A stretch of DNA of 64,000 nucleotides from Felis catus (lineage: Eukaryota). A model generated the notes under the pieces. It did no database searches. It worked only from the letters and a program-made list of their open reading frames with translations, and was not told the DNA's origin. Position 1 is the stretch's first letter; the number at the start of each line of letters is the position of its first letter. The DNA lies in NCBI RefSeq assembly GCF_018350175.1, contig NC_058368.1:30506001-30570000 (forward strand). The letters are read 5' to 3'. Positions 1 to 13,511 of this stretch are shown piece by piece. The position numbers and the translations under genes were made by a program.

Positions 1-191
1 CTTAGATATCCCATGAAATAATTATAAAGTTATGTGATCCATATTAATATAGCTGTTTTCAACTCTTTGGAGGACTCTCATGAAGAAAGATTATGTATTA
101 TATATTAAATATTATATATATAATTATCTATTATTATATATTACGGCTTCATATTGGCCATATATAATCAGTTTGTATAGCACCATGATTG

Positions 192-194
<3 letters not shown>

Positions 195-225
<31 letters not shown>

Positions 226-339
226 AAATGAAAATAAATGTATTTATATATGTATACAAATATAAATTAGAATATATATATCAAGTATATGTTATATATA
301 CATCAGTGTGAGTATACAGGCATATATACATATATATGT

Positions 340-370
<31 letters not shown>
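195..370. repeat. (CA)n and (TG)n microsatellites in AT-rich low-complexity sequence
   Basis: (CA)n at about 195-222 and (TG)n at about 343-370, with TA-rich sequence between and before them. Confidence 0.95.
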
Positions 371-374
<4 letters not shown>

Positions 375-2415
375 TGTATGTGTTTTCCATGCTTAGAAGA
401 TTCTTGGGTTTCTTAATCCCCAAACTGCTATGTGGGGAAAGAATATCTACCTGAGGAATCAGCATCTTGAAGATTCAGGGCTGATGCTCCCAACCTCCAA
501 TGGAGGGTGTCTTGCCAAGGGGAGCTGGAAGTCTGTTTTCCCGGTCACAATTGCAGAACGCCTCACCCGTGAAGTATGGTCATTACGTTTCTGTTATGAA
601 CGTCAAAGGCCTATAACTCAAGAAACCTCAGGCATGAGGGAGTTACTAAGATCTTTCATGTAAGCGACAGAAACATAATTATCGCTCTTCAAAGGGGAGA
701 TTGAATTTATTTTTATTTCATTGCAAAAGTCGCGTGTAAAAAGAGTGAAATAATAGGAGATACAAATTAACCTCACTAACATGAATGGAAAAATCAGCAG
801 GGATGAATTAAGTACTATTATAAATTGAACTAGAATCTTTTTTCAATGTTTGGTAAAGTTTTGTTTAACTTTTGTTTCATTTTTAAACAATCGACTCAAG
901 CTTCTGCTACTGGAAAAGTTTAAATACAGGAAGATAGCTTTTAGAGCATTGTAGACATGTCAGAGCAAGGAAGTGTTAAAAATGACAGGAAAAATGATTT
1001 GCCTTCTTGTACACTTTAGTTTCAATTTCCAGAATTTCTATCACATATATCTTTTCAAAGTGTTTAATTTCCTTTTTTCCTTCTGAGTTGACATGTTGCT
1101 CTCTTCTTTTCTTTATAACCTGTTCAGATATACTCCCCCACCCCCGCATTGTTTCTGTTCTGTGCAATTAACACTTGAGCAAGGCCATGTATGGTACTCT
1201 GCGGTTTTTATACCCATGAATAGAATGAAAATCTGTGTCTGCTCTTTCCAGCTCTAAGAATTTATACTTGATTTTAGGGCTTGACCGTCATCTGTTAGAA
1301 ATTCTGTTTTCTAAAGGTAACACCAAACAAATTTCAAGTCTAGAATACAATCAGCTGTAACTGCTGTATAGATTCCAAGGCAAACCAAAGCAATTTATGG
1401 AATATTTTCTTTAGGGGAGTATCAAAAATATTTCATTAATGGGATGTTCATGATCTTTGAAAAAATCCTTTACTGTGATAATTATGTGAGATAATAAGAG
1501 ATTTATATTGCTCTTATCTGTAATAGTATCTATCTCCAATTATATCTTTATCTCTATCTCATCTCTATTTCTGTCTCTATTCTTGGAAAATGTGTTAGTA
1601 CTAGTGCCCTTGGATGTGAATTCAAACCAATTCGATGAGTACAATCATATTAACAAATCAAGGGTAGGAATTTGACTACCTCTGCAACCTATGTAGTACC
1701 GACATTTTCAAAGGGATGAAGTTCATGTCCAAACTAATGGAGCTGTAAAGAAAGAGGCACACATTTGTAGCCCCAGGATATGCTCTGTATTGTTGCCTAT
1801 TTAACTGAGTTAGGGTCATATGTTCAGTAACACTGGCTGCTTTTCTGTCATTAGTAAGTAGGATGCAAGACAATGCTAAAGTGAAGGGATTTTTGTGGTG
1901 CCACTGTTTTTTCAAAGAAAAAATAATTTTCAAACCCTACGTATTGAAAGCGCCTAAAGACCCTAAAGCCTTAGGTGGAAAATAAAGGTAGAAAATAAAG
2001 GTGCAGCTTATAAGACTGAATGGGTGATTAATAGAAATCATGCGTGTTTGTATTTTGACCTGTAATGTTGCAGATTGTCCAGCCATTGGTGACATCCTTA
2101 GGGAGATGTGTTTAACTGGCAGCTTGCTTTTCATAAAGAAATACCATAATCTATATCCTTCGTACACAGACTTACCTGTGTGAAGTGACTGACAAATGCA
2201 TTGTGCAGTTCAAGCTTCCCATGTTATTCTCTGCGCTTCCTTGCTCTGTCTGCAACTCCCTCATCTGGACCTGCAGTTAGTGCAATGCTCCTCACCCCTA
2301 GCATATCCTGTATATGCACCTGATTTAGTCTAGCTACCTCTTCACTCTTCTTGCCCATGCTTGACCTTTGATCCACGTCTTCCTCTTGCCCAGACAATGT
2401 CTTTGTTATTCTTTT

Positions 2416-2631
2416 TTATTTTTTAAAGTTTATTTATTTATTTTTGAGAGACAGAAACAACGTGAGTGGAGGAGGGGCAGAGAGAGAGGGAGAGAGAGAG
2501 AACCCCAAGCAGGCTCTGCACTGCCAGCCCAAAGCCGGACGTGGGGCTCGAACTCACGAAATCGTGTGATCATGACCTGTGCTGAAATCAAGAAATCAGA
2601 TGCTTAACTGACTGAGTGACCCAGGCACCCC
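2416..2631 (-). mobile_element. Can-SINE (felid type)
   Basis: Reverse complement of the GGGGTGCCTGGGT head, (CT)n tract and A-tail. Imperfect TSD tgtctttgttattctttt (2398-2415) / tgccttggttattctttt (2632-2649). Confidence 0.95.
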
Positions 2632-3480
2632 TGCCTTGGTTATTCTTTTGCCCACAGGATCCCCTGTGCATTTTTTGCAACAACTCCACATACTCTCCAA
2701 ACTTGTGGGAGGAATTGAGAGCAAATGACCCTCAGTTTATACAACAGAACTATGTGCAAAGTATGAGATGCTTCCCTGACCAACCAGATGTCCGTACAAC
2801 AATCATGCTCCGAAGAAATTAGAAATTCTGTGGCATTTTTTTTTGAAATTTGGGAAAACAGAACAATCTGACACATCTCAGCGCTCCTCTAAAGGGAATA
2901 TAGGCAATAAGAACTGAAGCTCTGACTTATCCTTGAGAATGGAACAAAAATAATGAGAGGCTAAGTCACAAAAGGATCTCGATGAGAATCCAGGCTAAAC
3001 TGGGAAATACCCCAGGAGTCCTCACATATTTATGGTGCCTATCTTATCAGATCAGAATTATGGAGCTTCTGAGAAGTTACCTTGAAATATTCATTTATAA
3101 ATGGGAATAAAACTCGGACAGAGAAGTACAAGATGTTGGCAGGAAGTCTTCTGAGTAAAGATTAGTAGAGATGAGATCCCTAGGGGAGAAATTCTCCTTT
3201 TAGTTCCTGAGGGAGGACCATGTCAGTTGAGGTTTTCAAATTATGCACCCAGATTTTTGTAGTGTGATTGGCAATATAGTCTTTTTTCCCAGTTAGTTAG
3301 TCTGACAGCTTTGAGCAGTAGAGGACACCCAAGGTGCGAAAAGAAAGTAAAGCACCTGTTATGTGCCTGCACTGTGCTAGTTCCCGAACCTTCCCTGATT
3401 ACAGTGTTCACAATAGCTTTCCAAATGGGATATTACTCTCGCTGTTTGAATGAGGTTCAGAAGAAGTGAATATGTTTCCT

Positions 3481-3668
3481 TGTTTAAAAAAATAATGTAT
3501 ATTTTTTGAGAGAGAGAGTGAGTTAGGAAGGGTCAGAGAGAGAGGGACAGAGGATCTGAAGTGGGTTCTGTGCTGACACCAGAGAGCCTGATGAAGGACT
3601 CAAACTCACTAACCATGAGATCATGACCTGAGAAAGACGCTTAACCGACTGAGCCAGGCGGGTGCCCC
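3481..3668 (-). mobile_element. Can-SINE inserted into a MIR-like remnant
   Basis: SINE body on the minus strand. TSD gtgaatatgtttc at 3466-3478 and 3673-3685. Confidence 0.92.
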
Positions 3669-5157
3669 AGCTGTGAATATGTTTCTGGTGGGGTTTCTTG
3701 CCTCCACTATGAAGGTGAGATTGGCCTGATAGTACAGTCCATCAGAGCTCATTTTAAACATAATGTATGTGATAAGTACTGTTGGCCAAGCTTCTCTGTG
3801 GTTTCGTTTTGACCTGCAAATTTATGTAGTAAGTAAAATATCTCGGCTCTAACTATGTAAATTAAAACCTTGAAAATTTATGACTTAAAAAATTTATTAT
3901 TATTATTATTATTTTTTTACAAATCAATACCTTGGAATTCAAAAGTAGCAGATACTATGAAAGAATATAGAAGGAACATCCCAATTTGATAGTAGAGCAG
4001 TAAGGTCATTGCATTCTGATATAATGGGTTCAATATGAGTTTTACATCTGGTTAACTGTATCTTATCTTGGCTATTTGATCTCTTCTTTATCTATTCCCT
4101 CTAACTGAAATGGAGGAGCATGTATGGATCTTGGGCTCTGAAAGCTGGAGATTGGCGGTGGGTGTCCTCCGAGATTTTCTCCATCTCCATGAGCGTGTGG
4201 GCTCGATTCCCAGCCTGGAGCTGCTGGGCTTAGGTTCGGTGACGTTTTCCTCTTGACTTCTCATAAAACACCAGATGTGAGCTGCTTGAATGAAAGTAGG
4301 TTGGAAGTAGAGAAAGGCAGAAAGAATATCTCCGCCAAATCACATCCTCTTCTCAAATGTTTGAATTTGTTCTGTCTGTTTTATGTTTTTGGCATTGGTA
4401 CATCTCTTTCCATTCAAATAATCAGAGTGCGCCTCACTGCTGCAGAGTTGTAGGCTTGGTTTTGCTTTCTTTCTGCTGGTCTTGGAGAAAAGAAAATCCT
4501 CCCTTCTGGCCCCTTTGATACTCTTTCTGAATTTTTGGCTACTTCAGGAATAGAATAGAATAAGCACAGCGAGCCTTCCCTTTTGCTACTGCCTGTGCAG
4601 GTGCTTGGTACACACATCTCTGAGAGGTCTGCTAACGATATAGGTGATTCCTCTCACCCTGAGAATCACCTGGAGCCAAACGTTGATTTTCTGAGATTTG
4701 TTTATTTTGGAACAGAGTAATGGTGCACGCAAGTGCCCTAGACCCTGTATTTCTGGAAGCGGTGGCAGCTTGAGGAGAGAGGGGATGGCTCTGTCCCTTC
4801 CCCCTCTCTGCTAGCCCAGTGGAGGCTCCTATGAGGTCATTGCTCCGCCTGACGGGTGGCTCAGGTGAGGTGGGCATGTGGAAATAGATTTGGCTGGGTT
4901 CTCTCAAGAAACTTACATTTCATCTCCTTTATTTACTTAATTCGGAGGCATTCTACCTGTCTTTTCAACCCTGATTCTTTAAGAGGCTATCCATTTGCTA
5001 TTCCCATCTGCTTACTCTTTTCTCACTCTGGAACTAAGGCACCATGGATAAATGGGAAGATTAAATGAAGCAGAAATTGCGATGATTCTATTTCATAAGA
5101 TCAGAACTTCTAATTTGGGGGGCGAGAAGAAAAAATTTGGTCTCTAGTATGTCTTCC

Positions 5158-5521
5158 TGCCATGGGCTGGATGTTTGGTCTCCCCAAATTCATATGTTAA
5201 CCCCTAATGCCTAATGTGATGGTGTTCCGATGTGGGGCCTTTGGGAGGTGGTTAGGTTGTGAGGGTGCAGGCTTCATGAATTGGATTAGGGACCTTATAA
5301 AATGGCCTGTGAGAGATCTCACGCTCTTTCCACCATGTGAGGACACAGTGAAAAGATAGCCTTCTAGGAATGGGGTCCTCATTGGACATGGGATCTACCT
5401 GAATCTGCAAGGACCTTGATCTTCACCTTCTCAACCTCCACAAGTGTGAGAAATAAATGTTTGTTGTTTAAGCAGCCAGTATATAATGTTTTTGTTAAAA
5501 CAGCTCAAGCGAATTAAGACA
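5158..5521 (+). mobile_element. MaLR solo LTR, MLT1A/MLT1A0-like
   Basis: TG...CA termini. Contains CCCCAAATTCATATGTT, GGGGCCTTTGGGAGGT and GAGAAATAAATGTTTGTTGTTTAAGC. Perfect 5-bp TSD CTTCC at 5153-5157 and 5522-5526. Confidence 0.93.
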
Positions 5522-7342
5522 CTTCCCTACTTGGGGTGCCTAAAGTTTATTTTATAGTTGTAACTATTTCAGACCACTAAGGAATCACAATTTAGCCTCC
5601 TTGCTGGGTGAAGCACAAAGATTTATAACACTAACTAAGCATTTTAATTAAAAAAGATTATTTTGAATTTGGAAAGCACTTTTTAAGTTACAAAAAATTT
5701 TTATAAACATTTTATTTTATACATGGGCATGGAGACAAATATATAAGTGTGAACAAATCTGCATGGCAATGGCTCCCAGGGGACATAATATACCTTTAAA
5801 GTAGAATCTATTAGTGTGCTTGGAAATCTAAGTGGTTTTCAAAAAGTTGGCTGAGTTGACTAGTGAAATCTATCTCAAACACCAAATCTTTCCCTAGATA
5901 AACACATATAACTCCCATTACCTGGCATTTTGGTGTAACCAAAGGTGAGAATTTTGGGAAACAACTTTGCTCAGAGGAAGTTAAAGGTGATGATCCAGAA
6001 AATAATCCAGCCCATCGAGAGTGGAGAATGAATTGTTGAGGGCGGCACTTGTCTCTGATTTCATGGATAAGAAGAACAGAATGCAGTTTGTGCTTATTTT
6101 TCTCCTTGGCAAGACAACTAAGACAGAAAGAAAATAACTTTTGGACTAAAGCGGAATCTTAATAAAAGCCACGATAACAATAAATTGGAGGCTGACTTTA
6201 ATTATTGTTTTTCTTTGCATGATTCGCTCTTTGCCTTCTTTGTAAACTTCCTAGTACTTAGTTTTGATTCTTCTTCATCTGCTGATGTTATTTACATACA
6301 GAATTGTGATGTGTTTACCATATTATTAAAATAGAACTGGATTTTAATTAAATATCAATTCAGGATCACAGCTTCTAGCTACTTGCCAGCCCTGATGGTG
6401 ATCGATAGAAGATGCTGAACAAAGAAGATAAACAGCTTTTCTGAATAGTCAAATGTTTTTCATTTCCCTCTCTTCTTCCTTCTCCAGTTTCCCTGCTTTC
6501 CTATTCCCCTCTAGACTAGTTTACTGATTCCCCTTCTCTGTCCCTCCACCTGCTTAATTTTTCATACACTGCATATATTTAATTTCCTGTGTGCTTTTCA
6601 TTCATTCTATAGCATGCATTCAAACACTGGGAACCGGAGATGTTGACTGCCAGATCATCACGTTTGCTAATTCACAAATCTACTTCCACTTGCCAGTTCC
6701 TTTGGATTAGGCATCTTTGAAACAGTTTCTATTATATGCTTGTTTCAGAATTATAAAATGTTATTTGCTTGATTGTGTATTTATTTTACAACAATTAATT
6801 CACCCTGAGCTGTTATTTGGAAAAACCACTGCCTGCAAGAAGTAAACAGTTCTAAGTATTCTAGAATATTATACCTAATTATCCCTTTATTTTTGTAATT
6901 GTACACCATTCCCTTCCAAGTTTGGCATTTTTGTGGATTTAACTCTTGCAGAAATTAAAGCTCTTTCTGAAAAATGTTGCTTAGAAAAATTTAGGATTGG
7001 AGATTTGAAAGAGCTATGCTGAATTGGACATATGCTTCATAAAGTGAAATCTTTGCCTGTACACCATAACCAGGTCATGATGGATTTGTTGAGATGCTCT
7101 CATTTGCTTCTTTTACTTATTCATTGGTGTATTTTTTTGCAAAATTATCTGAATATAAAAATAATTTAAAAAGCAATTCAATATCACATATCGGCAGTAG
7201 TCCACCGTTCCCTCAAGCCATGAATCTGATCAGGTTCGCTTACAGCCCGGATGTATAAATTCCACAAAATTTAATTCAATAATAATTCACATTGTGTATT
7301 CAGTGATGAAGAAATTTCTGTGTTCTCTTTCCCTTCCTCATC

Positions 7343-7388
7343 TATATGCACGCGCGCGCGTGTGTGTGTGTGTGTGTGTATGTGTATG
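7343..7388. repeat. Compound (CG)n(TG)n microsatellite
   Basis: Uninterrupted purine/pyrimidine alternation: tatatgcacgcgcgcgcgtgtg... Confidence 0.95.
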
Positions 7389-8587
7389 ATAATTGCACTG
7401 CTAACACAGTTCTGGATTTTTAATTTTCTTCTCCTTATTAAGAGCACATGTCCCTTAAAGTTTCTCATATTTGTCCACGTTTACCTTTTTCCGACTGAAG
7501 TTTCTTCTTTCCTTTCTCCTTTGCTTGCTTAGGAAGATTCCTATTTACCTTTGTGTTCATAGCAACAATTTCCAGAACAAATTGCTCGCTAAATCTGTCT
7601 CCTTCTATTTAGGCTTGTTCTCTTGGCTTTTGGGCATATGAACTGTCTCCTTAAGGAACTCACCATTTTACACATCCTTTGCCCTTCAGCTTGACACATG
7701 GCCAATGTTGAATAATTTTTCTCCAATAAGCAATGAGCACTTGATTATTGCTTTCATGATTTCTCTTCACTAGCCTGTGTTTCGGATACCGTCATTTTGC
7801 TCCACTCTTACCCTGAAATACTGTGATCGATTCTCTTCTATTTCCCATCTCCTTCCTTTGCTCTTGGGAAGAATATTGGGAAGCATGTTATTATAACATT
7901 TTTATGGGTGTTGAGGGGAGGCTGCTCTAGATGCAGGCAGTAGTGCTGTGTAGACTGTAGCTTATGTGCATGGATAGAGAATATTCATGAACTTTCCTGA
8001 TAAGTTAACCTGTGACTTGCCTCCTTACTGGCCAGTATAGCTCAGGTATGTTTTTAATGGTTTGTGGAACGAGTGAGTGAAAGTTTGAATGAAATTGGTA
8101 TGTATAATTCTGAAAGATTCAGTTAAGATATAAAACCAGTGCTTTACTAATATCCTAGTGACTATATTTAGCAAGGAAAAATGGTGAGATTAAAAATTAG
8201 AAGTTGAGTCATAGGAACAAAAGAAAAAAATCTTACTGAGGAAATCAAAACCTGAAAGAGTAGAACAAGGAAGAAAGGGCACACTGACTGAGTGAGGCTG
8301 TTGAAAAACTTAATTTTAAAAATAAATCATAGAAGATCACATTGGAAGTCCTAGAGGCTATTTTTCTTGCTACTGTAACCTTTGGAATCATAACTAAATT
8401 ACATGTAATATTTAAAAATCAATAAAAAGTGCCAACTAACAGAAGAGGGGTTGAATGGCCAAGGGAACTATGGAAGGCAAGTAGAATGGAGCCTTTAAAC
8501 GATATTAACGAGGCAGGGACCAAATAAAACAAATGGTCAAACTGCTACCTAAATAATCCATCCATACACCCTCACCTCACAGACATT

Positions 8588-8590
<3 letters not shown>

Positions 8591-8635
<45 letters not shown>
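8591..8635. repeat. (CA)n microsatellite
   Basis: About 22 perfect CA units. Confidence 0.97.
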
Positions 8636-8638
<3 letters not shown>

Positions 8639-9749
8639 TACTTGCCCATACATCTCCATTTTGGAGGCAGCTTTCTTAAAAACACAGAAAAGGTAAACTT
8701 TCCAGGTAAGTGATGAATTTTGTTGGCTGACATTTAAGAGGCTTATATTAGGTAGGGAAGTTTTGTTGAGTAACTGATTGAGCCATTTAGTGTGACTGCT
8801 TAGAAAATTAATTTTGTTCTTTTTTTTTTTTTCTAACAGAAATAACTGTTTCCTACATGAGACGCTTTTCCTCCCACTTCTTCTCTACAACCTGTAGATT
8901 TAAGTGAAATTAATTACTGAACAGGTCATCAATCATTATCTGTGGACACAAGGAAACAGGTAAATCACGGCATTATGAAACTCCAAAACTTATCCATTAA
9001 CTCCAGGTAAGTAGATGGTCAAACCCTTCTCAGATGATTGTTAATTAAAATATTTATGGAGGATAGATCTTTAGTTTACCTGTTCAACTTATTTTCAGGC
9101 TTTAGAGGGAGAGGGTGGGAGTGAGGGAGGGAGAGAGGGGGGAATATAAACAGGTAATTGTAGTCATATAAGAAAAATAAAAAAAATATTTTCAACTTTT
9201 CACATCTGAAATATTCTATCCTCAAGCAGAGTAATTGTCCTACTTCATCCAAAGCAAAATGAAGTAAAAGGTTGGTACTTTAATAGTGAGATCTCTATTA
9301 TGGATACATTGGCATGTCACATCTTTCCCAAGTTAGGGCTATCCTCTTTCCCAGTGAAACAACCCAAGGTGAAATATATGGTTTGGTATCTCAAAGAAAA
9401 TCTTATTAGAAGCAACTTGGGATCATTGAGGTTGAGGATATTTGGCTTTAAATAAACATGTTTCTGCCTCACGTATAAGATGGAATTACATCTGTGAGTT
9501 GGCTTGCCTTACTTGGGGGTTATTCCTGTTTGAAAACACCGTCCTTACAAACCTGACTTGCTACTTGGAATGCTTGCTTATCATCTGAGTCACCTTTTTT
9601 TTTTCTTTTTTAAATCAAAACTCCAGAAAGCCCTTCTTTAAATACGAACATATGCTCCCAGAGAACTGATTCATTAATCCACTGTATTTTCATGGAGAAC
9701 ACGACACCAAGGTATGAAAATGCCACACAAGTGCCAGAGAAAGGGATTT

Positions 9750-9883
9750 TGTCAGGCAGTGTGGTGGGTAACAAGACTATTTCATTCATCCCTTAACACA
9801 ACCCTGGGGGTGATCGCTATTCCCATTTTACATGACAAAAATGTGAGATTAAATAATTTGCCTAAAATCACACGGTCAGTAAC
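9750..9883 (-). mobile_element. MIR SINE fragment
   Basis: Core-like sequence ctattcccattttacatgacaaaaatgtgagattaaataatttgcctaaaatcacac. Confidence 0.75.
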
Positions 9884-10444
9884 TCTGTTCTTTTTCTTTC
9901 CTATCTCTGTGTAATGAGTGCTTTTTATTTTTTTAAATGGATATGGGAAAGCATTGCTTGTTTTGAACTCTTCTTAGCATACCAATACCCTATGAAGAAA
10001 GCTCACTGGGCTGAAATGGTACAGTTGGTTCAAGTAGCCTATGTAATATTTGGAGCTACACTATTGTCATGGCTTGTCAAGATCCTGCTCTTTATGAAGC
10101 CTCTCGTTTTAGAATGTGAGGGGGTGGAGGCAGGGAGTGAAAGGTGACTGGGGGGTTAAGAGTCACACAAGTTTACCTGAGAATTGCAAAGTGTTCGTGG
10201 GAGGTTAACGGAGAACCCAAGTTCACTAGTGACGTTATGTGGAAAGAGGGAGGAAGACAGACAGCAGCAGTCAAATTCATCAAGGCAGAGTGCTTCTGCT
10301 TTTGCTTTTGGAGAAGGAGTGATTCCAGAAACCAAGTGGGGTTTCCGGAGAAAGTCTGTGCGATAATAATTTTCATGTCCAAGGCTGTGGCAGTTTGTTT
10401 TGTTTTGGTTTTTTTTTTTTTTTTTGATAATCCGTGTTAAAAAG

Positions 10445-10720
10445 GAATTTTAGTTTCTCAAAAGAGAAGGCTGTGAGGATGACTTAATTACTATCTTCAA
10501 AGATATAAGGGACTGTTACAGTATTTGGAAGATGACAACCAGCTGTTCTCTGTCTCCGAAGAGGAAAACAGAAAATGAATTTGCAAACTGGCAAGGACTT
10601 AGACTGGAGACAAGAAAGAACTTGATTATTATATATTTTCTTCACTGTGGGGCCATTAAATGTTGAAAGAAGTAACTTGTGTGTCTGTGGACTTTTCTCG
10701 AGTGGATGTCATCTGGTCGG
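10445..10720 (+). mobile_element. L3/CR1 LINE 3' fragment
   Basis: aaagagaaggctgtgaggatgacttaattactatcttcaaagatataagggactgtt...accagctgttctctgtctcc resembles the end of CR1 ORF2 (EKRRLRGDLITVFKYLKG motif; read here as ...DDLITIFKDIRDCY). Confidence 0.75.
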
Positions 10721-13511
10721 TCCACTCCTCCCTCTGGGCCAAATGTATGCAATATGGAGGACGCAGTTATTAGGAACACTGAGATGCCTTTGGCACTGCG
10801 TGCCTCTCCTGATTTCTTTCAGATCCTCTCTAATATAATAGAAGTCTATTGTTTAAAAAATAAGTCTAGGTAAAAATTGCTTTTTTCAAACCTGATCATG
10901 ATGCTGCAAATAGAATTTTAATACTTACCTTTTCCTTCACTGGGACTCAGTTTCTCACTAAGACTCGATTGCAGAAGAATGCTGTAGCAGTCTTAAATTA
11001 TTAGGGAACTTCTAGGTATGTCTATCCTGCCACCTGATATGAATGATATAGGGTTAATATGTAGATAAAGAAAGTGTTTGTAATATTAGTTCTCTTTTCT
11101 GTTTTACTAGGGTTCCTAATGAGTCTTAGGATAAAATTTTCCTGGCAAGTTGAAACCAACAGCTGTAATTCTTCTGCCTAGAGACAAAAAGATTCAGGAA
11201 GGTGTTTGATGAGTCTGTAAGGGTGTTGTGTGTTTTTAAGTCCTAACTGATAAACTATAAAGTGACACAAAATCAGTTTGGGTGACTCCACATAGATAAA
11301 GAGTAGTTTTGGTACTCCAGGCAAAGACACCAATCTGGACCTTTTTAAAGAAGGTAAGAATTTGAAACTGTGTTGAAATAAAAATATAGGGTATTTTGTT
11401 ATCTTAAACTCACGTTTTCTCCATGACATTTTTTAATACTTTCCCTTTTTTCCTGGTTTAATAAAGTTACATAATATATACATATATATTGACAATGTAA
11501 TTTAATATATATGTATATTTATATTTTAAATAATCTAACATAATCCTACATAAAGTCTTTCCTGATCACCTTTGTCAAAAGGCAGGTTTTCTCTAGTGGC
11601 TTGAGTTTTTGAAACTCTAAATGATGGTAGGTATTTAATTCTTGGAGAATAGGATTTGTTGCACTGTACTTAAAAAATAAGGTATCATATGGTTCATTGT
11701 TTACAGCTACTCTTCTATTACTCTATGTATGAAGAGCTGAGACAATGCCATTTTATAAATACAGTGATGTTATTTATTTATTTTTCATAAGGAAACCTTC
11801 ATTTCACTTGACGCTATAAAATGGCCCTCCGTGCACGTTGCAATGCCTGTATGAGTTGTTTACCTGTCTGCTAATCGCAATTAGATTTCTTGTTAATGAC
11901 CAGTTTGTAATTGAATGCTGCTAGCTAGTCATTAAAACACAAGAGATCAGAGGAAACAATTTCTCAGGCTTGTGGCATCTTGCTCTGGAGGCTTTGGAAA
12001 CAGCTCCGTGTATATATTTTCCCTTTTAAATTTGCTACTAGAGTAGAAAGGTAGTCAGTCAGTGCTGTTTTGTTCACTATGCATACTTCATTAACATACA
12101 CCTGTCCCTTACAGAATTTCTATTTTAAGAGAGCTTATAGAGATATCAGTCGCACGGTACATACTTAAACCAAGGAGGACGTCCAAAATGTAAAATTTAA
12201 CTGCACATACTTATACTGAAGTACTTTAATGTCTGTCTTAGAATGGAGCTCAATTAGGGTAGGTGGTTTGACTTACCAACACTTTCTACCCCCTTTTCAT
12301 AGCAAATTTGATGTTTTAGACTTCAAATGGCATCTTGAAACTGTTATTTTCTTCTCGGTATCAACCAGTTCCGTCCCCCTCACGACGTACTTAAAGAGGA
12401 AATTGAGGCCATAAAAGGAGATCAACCTCATCTTTTCGTTTCCAAGTCCAGGGGTAGAATAGAAAGGGAAGATTGAGGGGGCTTCCTTCCTTGAAGGACG
12501 CTGGAGAAATGACAATGACAGACCCTTCATCCCAGTTTGCAGTTTGCAGGGCTCTGCTGTCTCCCACCCACTGGCCGATGTTCGGGCGAGGGGAACATAC
12601 CCACAGCTCTTATTAGGAGTTGCGCCCGGGCTCTCAAACACCTGAGTTAAACCCACTTTGCTGTTATGCCAACTCTACATTTGTAGACACAAGAGTATAC
12701 TTATTATTGTATTTCATTAATATTACTAAATACGTACATATGTACATACGTAAATATGCATGCATATACCTTGTAGGAGCATCATTCATAGAGCTTTAGA
12801 ATATCGAGGGGCATTGAGTCATGTTTTCAGACGCTGATGAGAAAATTTCTCATTCTGATCCAGTCAATAAAGCAACGAGTTTTCCGGAGTCTTCTCAAGG
12901 GCTGATTGCTAGGCAGAACAAATTCTTTAAAACTTTTTTGCCCTTTAACTTTATTAAATGCCTGACATTTAACAACATTAGCTGATGGCAGAAGATGTGT
13001 GCTGCCCCGCGTGCTGTATCCTGGAACATGATGCAAGACATAAAAAGAAATCTGGCCGGAAATGTTGCCATTAGTTTGGAAGTTGCTGTTTAATCCGAGT
13101 TATTTTGGGGAGGAAGATGACTCATAGAAGCTAAGTGTTCATACGGATGGTGATATTGTAGGAGGCTGGCGTGGCTCCTCATTAATCTTATTTCAATTAG
13201 AACTCTTCACAGCCTGCAATTAGAATGTTGTGGCTGTGATGAATCCATACTGTACATGTGGCAGCGACTGTTTTCCAATGAAGAAAAACAGGCCGCTTGG
13301 CATTTTAAAGACGAATTTCCATTTGGGGTAATCCAATAAATGCTTATGCTTCGCCTACTCTCCCTATGCCCTGAGAATTGTCTCTCGAAGCTAGTGGAAG
13401 GTTCTGACTGATGCTAACCACGTCAAACATCACTCTGGCACATCTTCTAAAACGTGTCTTAACCGTGATGGAGCACCCCCAGAAGAATTTGATGCTTGTA
13501 TGTAGTTTAGA

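Noticed and set aside
4180..4220. tRNA-like T-arm (gtgtgggctcgattcccag)
   Set aside because: Only a degenerate B-box-like stretch. No acceptor stem, D arm or anticodon arm can be formed.
10921..10930. ATACTTACCT (U1 snRNA 5' end, or a perfect minus-strand donor)
   Set aside because: The U1 similarity stops after 10 nt, and I found no convincing matching acceptor.
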